A stretch of DNA of 64,000 bases from Candidatus Tectimicrobiota bacterium (GTDB lineage: Bacteria; JACPUC01): assembly GCA_016192455.1 (NCBI GenBank), contig JACPUC010000029.1, positions 62,001 through 126,000 of the forward strand, read 5' to 3'. Below are positions 59,708 to 64,000 of this stretch, one piece after another; positions within the stretch are counted from its first letter, which is position 1, and every line of letters starts with the position of its first letter. Below the pieces are notes generated by a model, which did not search any database, was not told the DNA's origin, and saw only the letters and a list, made by a program, of their open reading frames with translations. A program made the translations under genes and the position numbers.

Positions 59708-60565
59708 CTACGCTTCGGAGTAGGTGTAGAACCCCTTGCCTGATTTCCTCCCCAGAAACCCAGCTCGCACCATCCGGCGCAGCAAGGTGGGGGGGGCAAA
59801 GCGAGGAGATCGAAACTCCTTGTAGAGAGCCTCCGCGGCATGCAATGCGGAGTCGAGACCAACGAAATCGAGCAGGGTGAAGGGCCCCATCGGATAGCCG
59901 CAGCCGAGCCTCATTGCCTTGTCGATGTCCGCAATAGTGCCGATCCCCTCTTCCAAGGCCCGCACCGCATCCATGAGATAGGGGCTGAGCAAACGGTTGA
60001 CCACGAACCCAGGCTTGTCCACGGTTGCCACGGCTTCCTTGCCGAGGGTGGCGGCAAAGTCAGCGGCGCATTGAAAGGTAGCCTCGCTGGTGACGAGGCT
60101 GCGAATCACCTCGACGAGATGCATGAGGGGGACCGGGTAGAAGAAATGCAACCCCAGGACTTTTTCGGGCCGCTTCGTAACCATGGCCAGTTCAAGGATG
60201 CACAGCACCGAGGTGTTCGAGGCCAGGACCGCCTCCGGCTTGGCGACCGCATCAAGCTCCCTGAAGGCTGCTTGTTTGAGGGTGAGGTTTTCCGGAATGG
60301 CTTCGATGATGAGGTCGCACGCCGCGAAATCGTTGAGCTGCGTGGTGCCATGAATGCGAGCCAGCGTCTCCCCTTTGCGCGCCTCGTCCAGCTTGCCCCT
60401 GCGCACCCCCGTGGCCAGGAACCCTTCAATCCGCATGAGTCCCTTGCGCAGCAGCTCCTCGCTCGATTCCCGCACCACGACCCGGTAGCCGGCCGCCGCG
60501 CTGACCTGGGCGATGCCGGAGCCCATGAGACCACATCCGAGGACGCCGACGCGTTCAATCACCAT
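59708..60565 (-). CDS. 3-hydroxyacyl(butyryl)-CoA dehydrogenase
   Basis: GCGLMGSGIA, IEAIPEN, SNTS, PGFVVNRLL and GYPMGPF motifs. Confidence 0.92.
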   Translation of the reverse strand: MVIERVGVLGCGLMGSGIAQVSAAAGYRVVVRESSEELLRKGLMRIEGFLATGVRRGKLDEARKGETLARIHGTTQLNDFAACDLIIEAIPENLTLKQAAFRELDAVAKPEAVLASNTSVLCILELAMVTKRPEKVLGLHFFYPVPLMHLVEVIRSLVTSEATFQCAADFAATLGKEAVATVDKPGFVVNRLLSPYLMDAVRALEEGIGTIADIDKAMRLGCGYPMGPFTLLDFVGLDSALHAAEALYKEFRSPRFAPPTLLRRMVRAGFLGRKSGKGFYTYSEA

Positions 60566-60642
60566 GCGCTGCCTCGAAGGTCAGCGAGCCGCGCCGGAAA
60601 AGGCCATGCCGCCGTTGCCGCGCCCCGCGCCGACGCCTCGGC

Positions 60643-61914
60643 TTAGAGGCTCCGCCCGGCGGTGTGCGCCAGCTTGCGGTGCTCCAGCGCCTCGAAGAAG
60701 GCGTCGATGCGGTTGCGGAGCTGGGCGCGCTGGAAGTAGCGCGGGTCGGCAAGGTCGGACTCGATGAGCAGGGATGGGACCTTGCGCTCGTGGATGAAGT
60801 AGTCGCGCGTGTCCGCCATGCCCATCGAGTAGGAGCGGCAGCTCTTGGCGGCGTGCACGATCAGGCACTCGGCGTTGTAGTCTTCGACGTAGCGGTTGAG
60901 GAGGGCGACGCGTTGCGGCATGCTGAAGTTCGGGAAGCAATGCAGCGCATACTCGGCGATGGACTCGAGCGGCCGCGCGGGGTCGTGGCGGAAGCCGAAG
61001 TCGAAGAGGCCGCCGACCTTCGAGTAGGTGGAGGCCACGAAGACCACGCCCCACTTCTTGAACAACTCCCAGAACTCGCGGAAATGCGGCCACGGCGGCG
61101 GCCCCTCGATGACGGCGCGGAAGCGCTCGTCGCCGATGGGGCTGATGCCGTGCTCCAGGCGCTCCCGCACCTCGAGCCAGGCGTGCTGGTAGAACTCCAG
61201 GCATTGCGACGTGCCGCGCAGCAGGAAGATCGGCCCCTGGAAGTAGACGATGTCGAAGAACATATCTACCGGCGCCGGCACGTTCTTCGAGGACTGCAGG
61301 ATGTCGCACCAAATGTCTTCGGCGGCGCGCGCCTCGGCCAGCACCTGGCGCAGCTTCTCCTCGTCGTAGGCGACGCCGCTGATGCCGCTGCAAACGGTGA
61401 TGAGGTCCTTGAGCTGCGACACAAAGTAGTCGAGCTGGTAGGGATAAATCCCCTCGTGGCTCAGGTAGGGACCGTCGAGCATGAAGAGGGGGACATGGTA
61501 GTAGCTGGCCAGGGCCTCGAACCACTTCACGAAGGTGGTGCAGCCGACGTAGTTGCACACCAGCAGATCGGGCTTGGGCAGCTTGCCCATGGGCGAGACG
61601 TTGTCGTTCAGGAAGAGGCCCACGTCATTCTTCACGTAGGCGCAGACATCGGAGGAGTAGCCGCTGTCCTCGGCTTTCAAGATGAGGGGCCCGGCACTCT
61701 TCTTCATGGCGCACTGCAGGGCGTTGATTTCCGGAAAGACGACCTCGAAGCCCATCACCCGCAGGAGCTCGCTGACATTCCCGGGCACCAGGCTGTAGGC
61801 GATGGGCGTGCGGGTCTCTTCCGCATGCACCAGCCGGTCGTACCAGTCACCGAGGAGCTGACGCTGGGCCTCCTTCGTGGAACCCTGATACTTCAACGTT
61901 GCCTGCTCTGCCAT
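60643..61914 (-). CDS. 2-hydroxyacyl-CoA dehydratase / benzoyl-CoA reductase subunit B family protein
   Basis: FPEINALQ, GYSSDVCAYVK, CTTFVKWFE, KSCRS and LLIESDLADPRYF motifs. Confidence 0.87.
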   Translation of the reverse strand: MAEQATLKYQGSTKEAQRQLLGDWYDRLVHAEETRTPIAYSLVPGNVSELLRVMGFEVVFPEINALQCAMKKSAGPLILKAEDSGYSSDVCAYVKNDVGLFLNDNVSPMGKLPKPDLLVCNYVGCTTFVKWFEALASYYHVPLFMLDGPYLSHEGIYPYQLDYFVSQLKDLITVCSGISGVAYDEEKLRQVLAEARAAEDIWCDILQSSKNVPAPVDMFFDIVYFQGPIFLLRGTSQCLEFYQHAWLEVRERLEHGISPIGDERFRAVIEGPPPWPHFREFWELFKKWGVVFVASTYSKVGGLFDFGFRHDPARPLESIAEYALHCFPNFSMPQRVALLNRYVEDYNAECLIVHAAKSCRSYSMGMADTRDYFIHERKVPSLLIESDLADPRYFQRAQLRNRIDAFFEALEHRKLAHTAGRSL

Positions 61915-62094
61915 GAAAGCCCCCCAACCTGAAACAACGAGGGTTGCCGGTAACCGGTTGAAAGAACAACAAGGAGGCGGCCGCAGCCCTGTCAACGGTC
62001 ACGACCGCGTGCTGGTCTCCTCACCTGTCGGGGCCACGCCAGGGAGACCCCCGCGGGCCTGCCCGGTCCGCGCGCCGGCGCCGCGCCGCCGCGC

Positions 62095-62745
62095 TCAGGC
62101 TGCGGCGGGGCTGGCCAGGGCCTCGAGCGCCGCGGCATGCCCGCGGCGGAAGGCCGCAAGGTTGCGCTCCGCCGAGCCCTTCGGCGCCCGCTGCGCCACG
62201 ATGGTCTCGATCTCCTCCGCCGCCACCTCGAGCCCGCCGCAGGCGGCCAGCGCTCCCAGCATGACGACGTTCATCGACATGTGGTGCCCCACCTCCTCGG
62301 CGCGCGCCGTGGCATCGAAGGCCACCACCCCGGCGCCGAGCTGCCGCAGGTAGTCGATGATCCAGGGTGTCTCGGGGTAGCCCAGGGGGCGCGGCTCGGG
62401 CGAGAAGATGTCGCGGCCCAGCGTCTCGAAGGTGGGCATGACGCGCCGCGTGTTCATGATCACCCTGCCGCCGCGCTTGGCGTAGAGCGCCCCCAGGCGC
62501 AGCGTCTCCAGCGGCTCGAAGCCGACGAGGAGGTCCGCGCCGCCGTAAGGGATGAAGTTCGTGAACTCCTCCTGGTCGGCGGAGTAGCGGATTTCGGTGA
62601 TCACCAGGGTGGCGCGATGGGCGGTCCCCAGGCAGTCCTTGGTGGAGATGGCGTATCCCTTGGAGGCCAACAGATCGGCCAAGATGCGGCTGAAGAGCAG
62701 GATGCCGGAGCCGGAGAGGCCGGTGACGAGCACGTTGGTGATCAT
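62095..62745 (-). CDS. iorB: indolepyruvate:ferredoxin oxidoreductase beta subunit
   Basis: GADLLVGFEPLETLR, NVVMLGAL and NLAAFRRG motifs; directly downstream of iorA. Confidence 0.8.
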   Translation of the reverse strand: MITNVLVTGLSGSGILLFSRILADLLASKGYAISTKDCLGTAHRATLVITEIRYSADQEEFTNFIPYGGADLLVGFEPLETLRLGALYAKRGGRVIMNTRRVMPTFETLGRDIFSPEPRPLGYPETPWIIDYLRQLGAGVVAFDATARAEEVGHHMSMNVVMLGALAACGGLEVAAEEIETIVAQRAPKGSAERNLAAFRRGHAAALEALASPAAA

Positions 62746-62759
62746 GCTGGGTCTCCCTC

Positions 62760-64000
62760 TCAGGCGTCCGCGGGGTGGATGGCGTGCGGCCCGCACACTT
62801 GCTCGCAGAGGCCGCAGCCGTTGCAGAAGGTCGGGTCGATGGAAAGGAGGTGATCGTCGCGCATGATGGCCAGGCAGCCGAGGGTGTCGAAGCACTCGCG
62901 GCACTTGCCGTTGCGCATGTAGGTGCAGAGCTGCGGGTCGATCTCGTAGGTGCTGAAGTTGACCTTGCCGCGTCCCCCCAGGGCGCGCTCGGCGAGGATC
63001 GAGCAGGCCCGCCGGGTGATGACCATGGAGACGCCCTCGGCCGCCAGGGCGCGTTCGAGGGCCTTGCGCGTCGCCTTCAGGTCGAAGGGATCGACGACCT
63101 CGATGGGCTCGATGCCGATGGCCGCCGCGATCTTCTCGATGCTCAGGATGCCGGTCGTGTCTCGCTTGGCGGTGAGGCCGAAGGCGCCCGGATGCGGCTG
63201 CTGCCCGGTGGCGCCGATGCACTGGTTGTCGTAGAGGACGACGGTGAAGGAGGAGCCGTTGTAGACGGCATTGATCAGCTCGGGCAGGGCGGCGTGGAAG
63301 AAGGTGCCGTCGCCCATCTGCACCACCTGCTTGTCGCCCAGCTTCACGCGGTACATGCCGTGCGCCAGGCCGGGGCCGGCGCCCATGCAGATGATCGTGT
63401 GCATGGCGTCCCAGGGCGGGTAGATGGCGCGCTCGTAGCAGCCGATGTCGCCGTGCGACACGAAGTCCTCCTTGCAGACCCGGCGCAGGGCGCGCGTCAA
63501 GGCGTACATCGTCCCCATCTCCGGGCAGCCGGGGCAGAGCGCCCCTTGGGGACGCTTGGTGATCTGCTCGGCAACGAACGTCATCGCCTGCCGGCTGCGC
63601 TCCGGGGCAAGGAGCGGCGCGAAGGTCCGGCCGGTGAGCTGGGCCAACGGCTCGGCGACGTGCTCGGCGCTCAGCTCGTCGGTGGCCGGCAGGTGGCCGG
63701 TCTTCTTGCCGAGGATGCGGGCGTGCCGGTCGAGGTCCGCCGACAGGTCGCGCACGAAGGTCTCGATCACCGGCTCGATCTCTTCCACCACCAGCACCGT
63801 TTCGAGGCTCTTCAGCATGGCCTCGACCTTGCCGCGCGGCAGGGGGTTGGCGGCGCAGAGCTTCAGGGTGGCGACCTCGTCCGCCACGCCGAGCTGGGCG
63901 ATGGCCTCGGCGGCCGCCTGGTAGGCCATGCCGGAGCCGATGATCCCCAGCCGCTCGTGTCAGTTGAGCTTCAGGCGGTGGTGCGGCATGGCGTCGATGG
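62760..64000 (-). CDS. iorA: indolepyruvate:ferredoxin oxidoreductase alpha subunit (5' end outside the window)
   Basis: VVEEIEP, CPGCP, GDIGCY, GDGTFFH (TPP-binding) and TGQQPHP motifs; C-terminal ferredoxin CNGCGLCEQVC. Confidence 0.9.

Noticed and set aside
1-64000. CRISPR array, prophage, integrase or transposase
   Set aside because: I saw no regularly spaced direct repeats and no cas, phage, integrase or transposase motifs.

Overview
A GC-rich bacterial chromosomal window, gene-dense and mostly metabolic. In order it holds: a partial mpg gene; a dnaK-dnaJ2-htpX-grpE-dnaJ heat-shock operon with a HAIR-like operator over a sigma70 promoter; threonine aldolase; a molybdopterin oxidoreductase; M48 and M16 peptidases; hydantoinase A, an ornithine-cyclodeaminase-family gene and an MFS transporter; tRNA-Leu(TAG) followed by an accessory segment; an RsbW-RsbV-RsbW module with an orphan secretin; argA; a tungsten AOR-family enzyme; proA; a PspA cluster; two stand-alone xanthine-dehydrogenase-family large subunits; a corrinoid protein/UroD-like methyltransferase pair; and hbd, a BcrB/HgdA-like gene and iorAB. 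Five ABC solute-binding proteins occur without permeases. Two observations stand out. First, three tandem 129-aa Tat-signal paralogues share a conserved body and end in variable Cys-containing tails after a GKN motif; these are candidate precursor peptides or carrier proteins of unknown family. Second, an AhpD/CMD-like gene split by the ORF caller reads through an in-frame UGA in a CxxU motif followed by a SECIS-like hairpin, so it is a probable selenoprotein. All calls come from reading motifs by eye; no database search was run.
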